Source: Takakia lepidozioides
Lineage: Eukaryota > Plantae > Bryophyta
Direction of reading: 5' to 3'
NCBI GenBank assembly: GCA_030704615.1
Contig: CM060734.1
Location: 59,210,001-59,274,000 of the forward strand
Length of the DNA: 64,000 nt
Below, piece by piece: positions 25,459 through 38,900 of the stretch. A program made the position numbers and the translations under genes. Numbering within the stretch: position 1 is the stretch's first letter; each line of letters begins with the position of its first letter. The notes below the pieces were generated by a model, which saw only the letters and a list, made by a program, of their open reading frames with translations, had not been told where the DNA came from and did no database searches.

Positions 25459-25724
25459 GAGCATCCCCACCCTTCTCACTGAAATGGCCCTCTACGTCCG
25501 TTTTGAAGAGGTTGGTTCAGGACTCTCGAAAGGTGTGTGAGGGGTCGGCTGCTTGTAGCCACACCCTTGCCCCCTATATGCAATGTCCCCGCCTTGCTGG
25601 AGTTCCGAGCGACGTTCTTATAAGCTCTGGCAAGCTTCTTCTCATAAGCTTCTCACACGCGCCAGCACGCTCTCACACATCCTTGGTTGGGACGACTGGG
25701 TTGCGGGATGGGTTGAGGACGCTG
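25459..25724. mobile_element. Possible degenerate PIF/Harbinger (Tourist-like) MITE
   Basis: ttaa+GAGCATCCCCACC start with an imperfect inverted end gggttgaggacgctg (about 10/15 match). Confidence 0.3.
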
Positions 25725-26231
25725 AATATCGTGCACGGATTCAGTGAAAGAGAGGTGGTTCAGTGTCCGCCCTTATCGGCGTATACGGAAGGGGGCAAAG
25801 GTGTCTATAAATAGCCTGACCTGTCAAACATGCACCAACTTGACCAGATGAACCACATCCTGTTTATATATATATGTAGTATTCCATCTATAAACATGGA
25901 TGGAATATCTTCCCTACACCTGTCTTGAACTAATTGGCTTTGCCAATTTTTACATCCTGCCTTGAAAAGGCAGGCCACTAAAATGAAGGAACCAATAACT
26001 TAATGACAAATAAAGACACAATCTCAAGAGACGCACTCGTTGGCGCCCTTCGATCACGCCACGTCGCAGTTCGCAATTGCTGCGTGCTCTGCTCTGCTCT
26101 GCTCTGCTCTGCGAGGGTTTGTTGGCAAGCGCGCGACGAGGGTTTCACGTTTGAACAAGACGAGGGTTTCATGTTTGAAGAAGACGAGTAAGGGATTGCG
26201 CGGATCGGAGGATCGGAGGGAGGGTTAGAGA

Positions 26232-29200
26232 ATGGAGGGGCGTGTGCGGCGAGGCGTGAGGGTTAGGCAGCAGCTGCAAGAGGATCTGGATAGAAAGCAT
26301 GGCGATTTGGCTCTTGTTGGCTTCCACTGCCGCTTCTTTGATGACGACGCCATGGCGGAATTCACAAACTCTCCGGAGGCCTTGTTGCCTTGGAATGGCG
26401 ATGAGAAGCTTATGATGGACCGTTATGATGTTCGCCACTTGCTGGTTGATTTGAGTGGGCTGCGGCGGCGGCGGGCTCGGCTACCCTCGCCAGATGCCAG
26501 CAAAGAGGAGCTAGATTACGAGCGCTTTAGAGATTTCGGGGGGCTTGACGAGGGGGATTGTGGACCCGTTTCACCGACTGATGGTATGATCTGCTGTATC
26601 TACTTGAGGGTTTCTCTGTTATGTTCATAGGAGAAAAATCTGACACTTAGGACGAGATTGAGCAATTTCTTAGGGATTGGGCAGTCTACTTTTGCTGCTT
26701 ACGGCTCGATGCTGGACCTGCCTTTGGGGAAGCCCTGAATTCCGCAGTAAAATGCTTTTTAAAGGATGTCGCGCTCTCTGCATGGTCTAGGATCGCTTAA
26801 TTAGGTTGATCTTAATCTTTAGGAGGTTGGCAACAAGGCTCAAGCTCTTGGAGTGAGCTGCTCGTAGCACCTGAGTCCGCCATGGGGGTAACGGAGTACG
26901 GCATATTTGTGAGCACTTCACAACTGACAGATGGAGACCCTGGAGAAGACTCAGCCATACAGCTTAGGCTATAGTGGTGTAAGTCGAGATCGCTGTCTGA
27001 CTCAAGCGTTGCAGGTCCAAATGCAGTGATGCGAGTGCATCTGTGCATCTGTAGTGCCACTTCTTTTAGATGCAGTAGAACGGGAGTCATTAGGTGGAAG
27101 AAGGAATGCGGACAGGAGGAAGTGGTGTCGGGGATGGGGTTTTGTCCAATGGACTGAATGCCAGGAAACGTGTGATGCTTACCTTTCATCCCTTTTCAAG
27201 CGTGCAGGCAGGCCCTGTCTCTGCGTTCATTCTTGTCTCTACGACCAAGTGTAAGAGGCTTTCTTCCCTTGTCCTACTCCCTCTGTCTGTGTGTCTGTCT
27301 TATTGCTATCTGCATCTTCTAAAAACATGTCCGAGTTGTTCTGGCATGAACTCCCTTCCACTCAAGAAGTTGAGGGTTAGTAATAGGAACAGTTGTTGAG
27401 TGAGTCTCTTACAAGTTATTGAAAACAGATGCAGAAGAAGGTGCCAAGAGACAGGTGGGAGCATACCAGAGTGTTGGTTTCAACTACAACAACGGGGCTT
27501 CTGCCATGGGTGAGGCTGAGAGGAATTTAGCTGACGCCACGGAGGGCACACTCTTCTGTCCACCATTTCCAGTCCCTGAGCATCTGGTTGCAGCTCTGGT
27601 GAGTTGTGATGGTTCTTTCCCTGAACACTTCCTTTGGTTGTACCTACAGTGTTCACCATTTCACATCTGTAATAATACCTTGTGTCTTTAGTCAGATTAG
27701 GGTTGGAGCACTGGGTTCTTACAAAGCCTACGGGCATAAAGGCAAAAAGCTACGTGATACTTGACACAGCAGTGCTGTGTTGACAAGCTGATATACGTGT
27801 GGGGGTTTCAGGTGGCCTGCAGAAGAGTGGGACCAAAGTTTTATATTGAGGGGGCCTTTTGCTTCCATTTGACCAATGTGGCAGTGTGCAGGTGCGCGTG
27901 TGCGTGCACTAAGTGCAAAACTTTACAATTGCTGCCACTCTACTGGATGGTGCTGATCAATAGCTCTTTGTCTCTGACATGTTCTGTCAACCGCCGCTGC
28001 TGGGTTGTATCTATCTGAAATGTAACGGGCACTTTTGGCTTGAAATGCTTCTTGCTTTCTCTCTAAGCATCTCTACTCCTTTCTCTGCTGATGCACATAT
28101 ACATTATGACCAGCATTTGACGTACCAGATTATAAGGAGTTGTTGTGGTCTGAGTGCATAACTTTGTTGTAGTATTTTGGAATTTCTTGACATCAAGGAG
28201 TTCAGGAATAGTTCACTTCCTAGCTCAAATTCTGACACCACCTGTTGCCTGTTGTTTCTATTTTCGCTTGTGCAGCCATCCTCTGAAAAACTGCATCAGA
28301 TCATGGCTGGCACTGCCAAGTTTGTGAGGGAGCATGGTGGGCAGGCCGAAATTGTGCTGCGAGTGAAGCAGGCAAACAATCCCACATTCGGTTTCTTGAT
28401 GCCTGACCATCGTCTCCATGCATATTTTAGATTTTTGGTCAACCAACCCGAGCTTGTGGGGGCATCCTCTGAAAGCGAGACAAATGCAGTCCTGGAAACG
28501 ACCACAGTACCAGAGGGTGGGCTGTCTGTATTAGGAGTGTTATATGGAGATGACAATGAGGAAGATGAGGAAGGAAAGGAGCTGGAAACAGATATGAATT
28601 CAGGCTCAGACATGTTAGCAAGTTGTGATGTTGGGAAGACAGATGAGGATGTGCAGACTGATGTGACCAGCAGTGACAATACTTCCCAAAGCAAGACTCC
28701 TTCAGAGTTCAATGATCAAATTCCCAACATTGCCATGAAGCTTCAATCGACACAACACAATAGTAGTTTGCCAGGTGGGTCTTGCAGTGTCTCTTTATCT
28801 CATCCTACCCTTACCAACTGTGAGGCATTTGGTTTCTTCTCTCTTGATCACTGCCTGTGGTGTTTCTGACTTAACTATGGTGTATGTGGTAAGGCTATTC
28901 AAATTACCTGACATGTAATTGCTAGCAGTTGATGTGCTCGCATACTGACAGAATAGAATAATCTTGATAAGCTTTACTAGTGGAAGTTCTTATATATCTG
29001 TATAGATTGCATCTGAAGATATTCTCAACTTTATGCCCATTTCTTAGAGACCCACCCTCGTGTCGGTGTATGCTGTTCTAGGTTTTCTTGCATTGTTATC
29101 TAGTTATTTGCTTCTGCCTTAGCTAGCTGTCTTAGCTTGAATGTGACCCTAAGTGGTGGGTTCTGACATTAAGAATGTTATTCTGGAGCCTGCAGTGAAA

Positions 29201-31728
29201 TTTATTGAAGGCAACTTTATTAGATCTGAGATAATAATCCAAAATCTCAAAATATTAGGTGCAAATTGACTAATTTCTCTATGCATCAGGCTCTAATGCT
29301 AGAGGTGAAGAAGGGTTTGTTGAAGAAAGTGGTACGCTTGAAAATTGGAATTTTACTTTTAGCTCAGCCATGAATGAACCTCCTCCTCCAGGAACTGTGC
29401 TTGGCAACATGACATCAGAGGGGGCGGCTGGTGATGTCCCACCTGTCACTGGATTTGCAACTTGGGAAATAGGGGCCTACCGAAAGCCCCCTGATCATAT
29501 GAAACGTATCATTGACAAGATGGTGGAGTTCATTTCACGGAATGGGAAGGAGTTTGAGGCAATTGTGCGAGAACGTGATAAGAGTGATGGTCGCTTCCAC
29601 TTCCTTCTTCCATGGAATGAGTATCACCCTTATTATGCCAAGGCCTTGGAAGCATCACTCCAGGTCAGTACATTGACACCTAGGAGTAGAGAAGAGAGAA
29701 AGGATAGTGGAATCTCCGTAAAAAGTATTCTCTGTTTGACCAAGATGCTTCTGGCTCCAGGAGTTTGTGGATGTTCCTGCAGTGACGAGCTGTTGCCAGC
29801 AGTTTGTAATTAACTGGGTGCTTGGCCACATCTACGTTCTCCTACAGTGTGTATTAGTTGATGTTCCCTAATACCAAGAGATCAAAAATAGGTGGAGATG
29901 AAGATACTAAATTGATTCTAACTGAGCAGCTTATAACTGTAGCCTTGAACTACGTTTTGGCCTCTGAGCAGTGAGCAGTCAGTTGGCGCTTGATATGGCT
30001 ATTGTACTTCCAGAAATCTTATACCTTGGATTTTGTAGTGATAGATGATAGTGGAATTTCCAGGTTAATGTCATGGTTATGTCTCAAGTTTATTTTGGTG
30101 TTCTTCAGGATCTTCAGAGGACTGAGAGTTTGTATTGACAAGTAATGTGGCAGGCTAAAGAGTCAAGACAGTGTGGGTTGCAACAAGAATCAGGGCAGGC
30201 AGCAGGTGAGACCCCTTCCTCGCGACCAGCGAGCAACAATGGATCTGAAACCAATTCACTTCTTTCAACAGAACCCTCCTTGGAGATGGGCCCTGGCTAC
30301 ATCACAGAAAGAGAAAGAGATGAAGTAGAGTTAAGAGGCATGGGGGATGATCAGTATGGTGTGCTAAAGGCTGTGACTCTTCCTACTGAAAATGGGGAAA
30401 TTCTGAGAACCGGTGGCATGAGTGCTGAAGCTGCTGCTGAAGCTGTTAGAGTGGCAACTCGCAGGGGTCCCCACTCAGAGATGGATGGAGCAGGGAACAG
30501 CAAACATCAATGCCTACCATTGGAGGAGGGCAGCTATGGGATGAGCGTTGATGCTGTTGCTGCAGTTATAAAAGCTGCCACTCGTGGTGCTCGTAAAGTA
30601 AAGGTAGACACATTCAAGTTTCCCGAAGGAGAAGGTGGGAGGGAGACAGAAAGTTCTAGCAAAGTTGCAATGAGAGTTGCACTGACAAAAGCGACCAAGA
30701 ATTTGTCACCTACGGATTCTGGTGAAACAGGGGAAGGTCGAGAAACAAGGGGGTCCAGGAGTGTGGAGATTGAATTGCGGGCTCATTCTGGGTGCAATTC
30801 TGGAACCCTTGTTGGGTCACAGCCAACAGCTCCCAGTCCATTCAACCTGGGTGACACTGATGTGAGTGTTGCCAAAGTGGTAGCAAAGGCGGCAGCTGCA
30901 GCAGCTGCGCATGAGGCAGATTCAGCTGATGCGCAATTAAACCCCGAGGAGAAACGCAAGGCTGAGAGGTTGAAAAGGGCAAGAATGTTTGCAGCGATGA
31001 TTAAAGATGGGTCTGCGAGCAGTGGGCCAGGCTCCAACTCGCAAGGTATATCTGTTCCAGTGAGGGGTATCATCCCAACCCAAGGTGCTGTCTCTGTTAG
31101 GATGCAGGCTGTGCCAGAAAGTCAGTACATGGACTGTTCAAACAGCAATAAAAGACTGGGGAGCAGCGGCCATCTGCAGGCTGGTAAGAGTCTGGATGCA
31201 GGCTCTCCAGACACGGGTGCTTCAAGCCAAGCACTCAAAAAGGATATTGTGAAAGAGAGTTCAGAGCTTCCCAGCAAGGCTGAACCTGTGCCAAATGAGA
31301 AGCGCCAGCATAGGCATCACAGAAAGCGACACCTATCTGATCATGATTCAGAAGAAAAGCACCAACATAAGAGACGAAGCCGTAGTAAGCGAAAGAAGCA
31401 TAAGGAGCTTGCTTTGAGCACTGATGAAGAAGGACAGGGAGGTAGGCACCATGCCAAGAAATCTAGTCGACGTCATCAGCATGATTCATCTGGCTCAGAT
31501 GAGGATAGGGAGAGGCGCCACAGGAGGCACAAGGAACACAAGTTAAAGAAGCTTCCCCTAACCTTGGAGAAGGAAGTTGTGGCTGGTACAGGTAAACCTG
31601 GGAAAAATTCCAGTGTAGGAGCAGCTTGTGGAATAGAAGGGGGCTCTACTCCTTCAGAGTCACCAATGGTAGTGGATGTACCTGATGATATTCGTGCTAA
31701 AGTACGAGCTATGTTATCGCAAATGTAG
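26232..31728 (+). CDS. SFSWAP: Splicing factor, suppressor-of-white-apricot (SWAP) homolog with DRY_EERY and 2 SURP domains
   Basis: Exons 26232-26583, 27429-27598, 28276-28774, 29290-29663 and 30154-31728 are phase-compatible. Motifs: LLPW...DRYDVRHLL, SURP1 TAKFVREHG...FGFLMPDHRLHAYF, SURP2 MVEFISRNG...FHFLLPWNEYHPYY, KAERLKRARMFA and an R/H/S/K-rich tail. Confidence 0.9.
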
Positions 31729-32938
31729 CATCAACATTCCTTACTAAAAATTCTCCCAATTCTTTTGAGGATACATTTGTATTGAATCACCGGAGGATTG
31801 TCACCATCGCAGCATTGGGGAGTGACTGTTACCCTTCACATTGTAGAGTAGTAACTTGTGTACATGGAAAGGGCAGTATTTTGTCTGATGGGTGTGGCTC
31901 TTGCCCTGAATTTGAGTTTCTCACCAGATGGCATTGTGGCAGCAGTTGTTCTGGTACATAGTGTATAGTGAGAAACCATCGAAATGTATATTTGAGTAGA
32001 TCAACCAGCAACGTGTTTAAACTTGCAAATGTAGCATGCAGATGCACAGATGCAGCATGTTTATACAGAAAGTTGACTTCACCCTCTTCCCTTCAGGTTC
32101 TGCAGAAGAGTCCATCTGACGCTACAAATCCCCTCTTCTCCAGGTGCTTTCATCAACACTATTGGTAACCACAATCTCACTGGAAACCTTGCTCATTCCA
32201 GGGCTCTCCCCTGTTCCATATTCACACATCTCAAATTCGTGCGTGTAGATAGAGCTCTTCCAGGACTACGCAGCCATAAGCATTGTCGGAAATTTAAGCT
32301 AAATACTCTGCTGTACACATTGAGGTTGCCACTTCTCTGCCAGCAAGACAAGGCAGGTACATGGAAAGACCTGCACCACCCAAGAACGGGAATTTGAGTA
32401 TTACCTCCATCTCTCTAATGAGTGGCCACGTACATGTTGTGCATGTATGCGTAACTACAGGCCGAACATGATCGCGTGCTCAAGTTTCACAGCAAACTGC
32501 AAGTAAATTTGACCTGCAAACACATTCCAGAAATGAACTCACAGAAACATCAAGCTCAAATCATACTCTAAAAAAACCCACCTTTTGTACATTAGCAGGT
32601 GCTCACAGAGATCCATAGGAAAATGCCATCATTGGATCAGAAGTTAAACTACAAGGTCCCCAATCTGTCTCCTTTGCCTGTCTTGGCTTCAGAAAGGCTG
32701 ATAGATGAGGTTTACGAGAGATCCCAAATTGGTGGTGGATTTTTCCGGTTTCCATGTGTGCAGGGTGCTGCTACAGGACAAGCCTGTTAAGCTCTTATCC
32801 ATCCACACAAGCATTTTCTTGATTATGCATGCGGTTCACAATGCCTGATTTCCAAAGAGAGGGTTGCTGAGAGAATGTACTGGGCTGTACCCAAACACCA
32901 CCAGCCATGTGCCTTGGAGAAAGGAAACCGATATGGTG

Positions 32939-35900
32939 TTAGAAAGCTGCAGAATCAAACTCTGGGAATGAGCTTCTGAGAATTGACATCTGACCCTCCT
33001 TCTCCAAGATCTCCTCTTCTAGCTGCTGTATTCTGCTCCGCATTTCTTTAGCCTCCTCTTGAATTATCAAAGTTTCATGCCCTTTTGCTTTCACCTCTGC
33101 CATCTCCAGCCTCAAATATGTAATTTCAGACTCCATTAAACTCAGTTTCTCCTCCAAGTCATGTATGATGATCTTGGACTGCCCGACCTGGTCTTCCATA
33201 CGGTACGCCCTGTAGAGCACATTGTTCAGTGACAGTTGGAGCTGGTCTTTCTCCTGGAGAATCAAATCCTGCCCCTCAATCGTGGACGCCAGATGCTGTG
33301 TGAGGCTATCCAAAGCTTCTTCCCGTGAAGCCAGCTCGTACTCTGTATCCTTAAGTTTTGACCCCAGGAAATTACTGTGCAGTAGGGATGTGTCCCTCTC
33401 CTCCCTAAGAGCATTGACCTGCTTTAGAGCTTCAGACAGTTCTTGTGCAATCTTGCTGCTGTCTCCTGACTTTTCGAGCAGTGCATGTTGCAAACTTTCA
33501 ATCTGTTCATTCAACTTAGTCACCTGTAACCATGCCACAATGCTACCCTTGTAAATATCTTAAAATGATGGTAGTTCCTTGCTGTCTGTGTCTCTTTTTG
33601 AACACCTGTGGCACTCACTACCCTAGAGATTTCTCTCTGCCGTAAGTGTCCAAACAGGCCAAGTGGTTAATGACATACAGTCCTTAGCACCCCCATAGGC
33701 AAGATAGGCATCTATGCACGGACATACACAATAACAGTTGTGAATACTATAAATATTGCCCAAACATATAATCAAAATACATCCCACTACTCCCTGGAAA
33801 CTGCTGAGGATCAGTAGATGTGTAGATTGGATCTGCTTGCCCACTGCCCAATACTTGGAGACAATGGTAACACACAATTTTTTGAGCAACAGAGGTGTAG
33901 CAGAACCACCTCATTTTCTTGGTTCTGGGCAAACTCAAGAAGCTCCTCATTTATGCTCATGACCTCCACCAACCGCTGCTGCTGTTCCTCTGCCTGATGC
34001 TGCATTTCCTGTATCCTTTTCACCAGCTCAAACTCCTCCATTGCTGTCAAGTCAGGCCCATGCTGGATTGCCTCCATCCTTCGCCTCATATCCTGAGTTT
34101 CCATCTCTTTCTCAAGCAGGGCTTCCTTGACCCCTGCTGCTCTAGACTCGCTTACTGCAAGCTCCTCTCCCAGCCTGGTCTTCATGTCCTGCAGGCCCAG
34201 TACCTGTCGCACAGCCCATCACTTTTCAGGGAGCCCAAAAATTCATGTCCTGTTTGGATGTGCTATTCTTGTTGTTCAACTTTATTCCATGGGCCCTTGG
34301 GACTCCAGTGGATGTTAAGAAGTTCCTTTCTTTGGATGTTATAGAGTTTCTTGTTCATTTCTTCATTTCTTCCATTTCATTTCATTACTTCATCCCATAA
34401 GCTCTTTGAGCTTCCTGTGGACGTTATAAAGTACCATTGCATTTCATTATATTATTCTTGCCCCTTAGGCTCTTTGGACTTCCCAGGGACGTTATAAGGG
34501 TTCTTATAAATTTCTCTTTTTATTCTGTCTGCGTATCTACTTCCAGTGGACGTAATAAACCTACTGTCTTAGATAGGAGAGAGTGTGAAGATGAAGATCA
34601 TTTTGACCTTGCCACGTGATCATGGCCTTGTAAAAGTAGTACTGCTGGCATCATCTGAGATTCCTAGAGATCTTTGGGCTTCCTATGCATATTGTAAAGT
34701 TTAGATATTGCCTACAGTTTGTCAGGCTGCTCTGGTCTGCACGCTTTTTGTGCACACCATCAAGGAGGGGGGTATGCAGGGAAAGAGAGTGTCAAATCAG
34801 CTCAAAATACTCCTATAAGTGATGAGAAGGTACAGACCAACCAACAGTCCCAGGAATCAACTGACACAAATACAAGCATGCCACCTTGCGGGGGGAAGAA
34901 GTGATCCTCACTTCGTTTCGGGCTTCCTTCAACCGATTCTCCAAATAGGCCACCAGGCCTTTATATCGTAGCCGTAACTCAGCCAAAGTGGACTCAGTCC
35001 TGGACATATCATCAGCCAGCTGCTGATTTTTTTGCTGAGCAGAGTTTAAAGTTTCTCCCTTCCTTCGGAGCTCCTCAGCATGCTCTTCCATCTCCTTTGC
35101 CAAACAATTGTCTTTGTCCTCCAGCTTTTGCTGAAGCAATAGGGTGATGTTCTCCATTTCAGCAAGTCGCAATTCGGCGGCTGTGAGGGAGGCTTTCAGA
35201 CTATTTGACTCTGCAATGACTGAGGAGAGGCGTACCATGAGTTGCTCTGTGTTGTTATCATGTCCCTGAAAATAGGCATGACAGCTTTGTTAGGAAGAAT
35301 TGAGGAAGAACATGCTTGATTCCTAGTTCCAACATTCCTTGGATTTTTTATCAGATTTATAGGCTGAGATAGACAGACAGACCTCACAAGCGCTGTTTTG
35401 TAATTTGTGGCAGAGCTCACTGAGCTGACAGCTCAACTCCTTAAGCAGGCTAAAATAAGTGTCGTGCAAATCCAGAAGATGCATCTCATTCTCCTCCTTA
35501 CTCTGGTCAACTATTGTGCACTTTTCCAGCTCACTCTCTTGTCCATGAACCACACGTGAGAGCTGGCTCACAGTAGCTTTCAGCATCTTGCCTGCAGGGA
35601 TGGATAACATGACCGTCATGCATAAGGAAAAGTATTGCTGCAGTCTAGAAATCACAGTTTGAACTGAAAGCAAAAGGATCTGTTTCAAGTTCAATCTACA
35701 GAACACATCGAGGTGCGGAAAGTGGTAACGACGACAGTCCTTCTCCATGTATGTCTACCTGCTGGAATTGAAATGACTTGATAGGGCTATTACTGCAACG
35801 TCTGAAAGGTCAACAACACAAATAGTTGAAGCTTGTATGATATTGGCTGCAGGCTTCTCAGCACCTATTTATAAAGTGCTGCACAAAACCCAAGACTTTC

Positions 35901-38900
35901 CAGGCCAGCTCAGGACGCACCATGTTTGGCAATGAGATTGTCACACAACAATCTCTGAGGGTTGTTGGACTCTGTCAGACTCGTAAGAAGCTGTTCTATG
36001 GTTTGCTGCACTTCAATCACTGTTTCGTTCTGAGTAAGTTCTGCAGTGCTGACAATAGCCCCTCTGTCGGTCTTGTTGGAGTCAGGTACCCAACCCCTGC
36101 AAATGCCAGAGGCACATAGTCTTCAATTTTGAATCATTTAGACACCACTATTTTTACCCATTCTTCGATAGAAGCTTGAATGGTGGTGGTACCTCAAACT
36201 CTTATTCACATTAGCTGGAGAGACATCAGGTGCAGCTATTGCAACTTATCATGCCTCCTTTTCTTTATAGACTTGTTCACAGTTTGGCCTTATTTCTAAG
36301 TAGTTTCGATTCTACCTAATGTCGCTGCGACTTGTTCCTCAACGAGAAGTCCGGGCATAGCTATTAGGTAATTTCTTTAACACAGATTCAGCATGAGAGT
36401 TAAGGTCACGGGAACTATTTTGATTAATAAAAGAGAGACTCCCAGAAGAAAAGATGGGGAAGGTGAGAAATCCATAGAAAATAAAAGAGGCGACCCAGCA
36501 ACTGTAGTAGTACCTGCTCAGCTTGCTTTGCTTCTCCTGTCCAGAGTGATTATAGATATCATCTTGGGCATTTTCTCCGTCTGTGTGGGCATAGGAAGAG
36601 ACTCTAGTATCTATCACTCTCAGTGCATTCATGGACTTCTCTTGCTCCATTGATCCAATCTCATCCTGCGCCATGAAAAGTTCAGGACCCACCACATGTT
36701 TCTCCAATGCAGGCTGGGCACCCTCCAATCTCAGCATCTCTCTTTCTTGGATTTGCATATCTATCAATCGTCCATTTGAGCTTGTGGACCAATTTGACCA
36801 ATTTGACCAATTTGACTGGAAGGCCTCCTTTGCTTGCTTTTGTGTAAATGGTTGGAGTACCAAGAGCTTACTTGCAAGCTGAATAGAGTTTTCCCCAGAC
36901 TGAACTAGTGGCCAATTTGGCGTTTGTCCCTACCACAATTAACAGCCAGCCATGTGAGTCAGGATCCATCCCAAGATTTTGCTGTGTTTATGGTTACAAA
37001 CTGCTAAGAACATGTGCTGCTAACTCTGGAACCAAGGGAAAAACATCTAACCTAGGATTGACAAAAGCAGGCTCAAGGAAAGTTTGGGAGGACTTTTGCA
37101 AATCTGGACTGGGCATGCAGATGATGTCTGGGAATGTCACATCAATTTAACATTACCAGTCCTGACTCTGTATTACTCATGCTGACATTTGAACAACCAG
37201 ATACACAGACTCAAGCTCTTGAATGCGATTTTGCATCAATTTAGTTAAGCATGCCAATGATATGTAACTAATCTATGGTGCAAAACCAAGTCAAAGACAT
37301 TGAACTACTCTTCGTGCAAGTCCAGATGGGGCAAGAAAACACAAAGACACCTCAAAACCCATGGGTCCACACTGATGAACAACAGTACTGCATATAGATG
37401 GCTTGCTGTGTGCACTTGCAACATTGTTTAAGACTGAAAAATGGCTCTGCAGTATCACAGATGTTTTGAGGATTTTAGCAAAGTAACAGGCGTCCAACCT
37501 GTAACCACTGTTACAGCCAACATGGTTACACCTTGTCGAATGCCATAAGTAGGGGTTAGACATTGAGTTTCATCCCTATCAATCTAACTTTACTATCTCT
37601 AATCATCACCCTATTATACGAGGATCATTTCACCTTGTACCTTGGCAGTATACTTCACTGTCACTCTAGCATTGGCGAGCCCACTTGAGTCGCCCTGCAC
37701 TTTCTGGCTGTCTTTTAAGTAGGAAAAACCAATTGACTCACCTGTCTCCCTTCTGGAAGACAGCCCCCAGGGCCAACAGGCTCAGGCCATTCCTGGGATA
37801 TCATTTGTAGAGCCTTCTCTCCTACCTCTGAAGAAAAGAACTGGGGCGCTGGCTGCCTGTGAGCGAAGTTCAGTGTGGAACATTGTCCAACACCTTTCTT
37901 AGTCTGGGCTTCCCGGACAAACCACGTCAGTTCTTTGCCTTTTTCTAACTGTTTCGAATTGCAAAGCATCCAACTTTGGGTCTATCTAGGAGGAGGCTTT
38001 AGGGATAATACCAGTGAGACTGCCTAAGGCCAGGACCAGCTTTTGTATAAGCTTATCTCTTTGCTCCAGTGCAAGGAACCAGGGCATTTGTTCCATGCGA
38101 GCAGGAGTTCGAGACTGTCATCAATACTGCAGACTCTGTCTGGCCTTAGTGAGCCAGCCAACTTGACTCCCCATTGTTGGCAAGATAAGCAAAAGGGTGC
38201 TGGCAATTAGACCCAAACCAATTCTGGCACAGATTCTCTCCGTATTGTTTTCCTCCGTTGTCTATTGAGAAGAACCTGGGCAGTGATTCCTTATGAGCAA
38301 AGACTTGGGGGCACAACCATGATCTTAAGCCAGCCAGCCAGCCCAGGTCATTCCCTGGGCCTTGATCTCCTTCTTCCTTAGGAAAAGCCCCTAGACAAAA
38401 TAAGTCTTTTCTGGAGAGGTACTACAGGGAATTTCCTGCTAGTCATGTAATTACTTGCATGAGTTTCTATTTACCTGCTCATGAGAAAAGAAGGTGGGCA
38501 AGAAAGTTCAACTTTTTCACCACTTTTTTGTTCCCATTCTGAACGACTTACTTCCTTCATTGTTGGAAGAGATACAACCATTCAATCTCTTCCTTTTGAG
38601 GAGAGAGCGGCTGCCCACCACACACCCATATCCATTTCCACTTCAGAAAAAGCCTTCTAAGATTCCCTACTTCTTTCTCACCATTCACCCCCTATAACCC
38701 TCTGCTTTATACTCTCTTCTTTGACTTCGTTCTTGTAGAAAAACCAATTCTTGCAAGATGCTGTGCTAGGCCACAGGAATGTACATGGCAAAACGTTCCT
38801 TGTGATTAAAAAAGTAATATTTCCCCATGCCCAGTCATTTATGTCATCACATTCCTAGAACATGAGATAGAGAGAGAGAACTCTGGCTATTTTAGTAGCC

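Noticed and set aside
25853-25907. Short inverted repeats upstream of the SWAP gene
   Set aside because: AT-rich and short; too weak to call a MITE or miRNA hairpin.
36788-36816. (gaccaattt)x3 encoding NWSNWSNWS; also (ctctg)n at ~26086 and an agagtcct triplication at ~16228
   Set aside because: Simple local slippage repeats.
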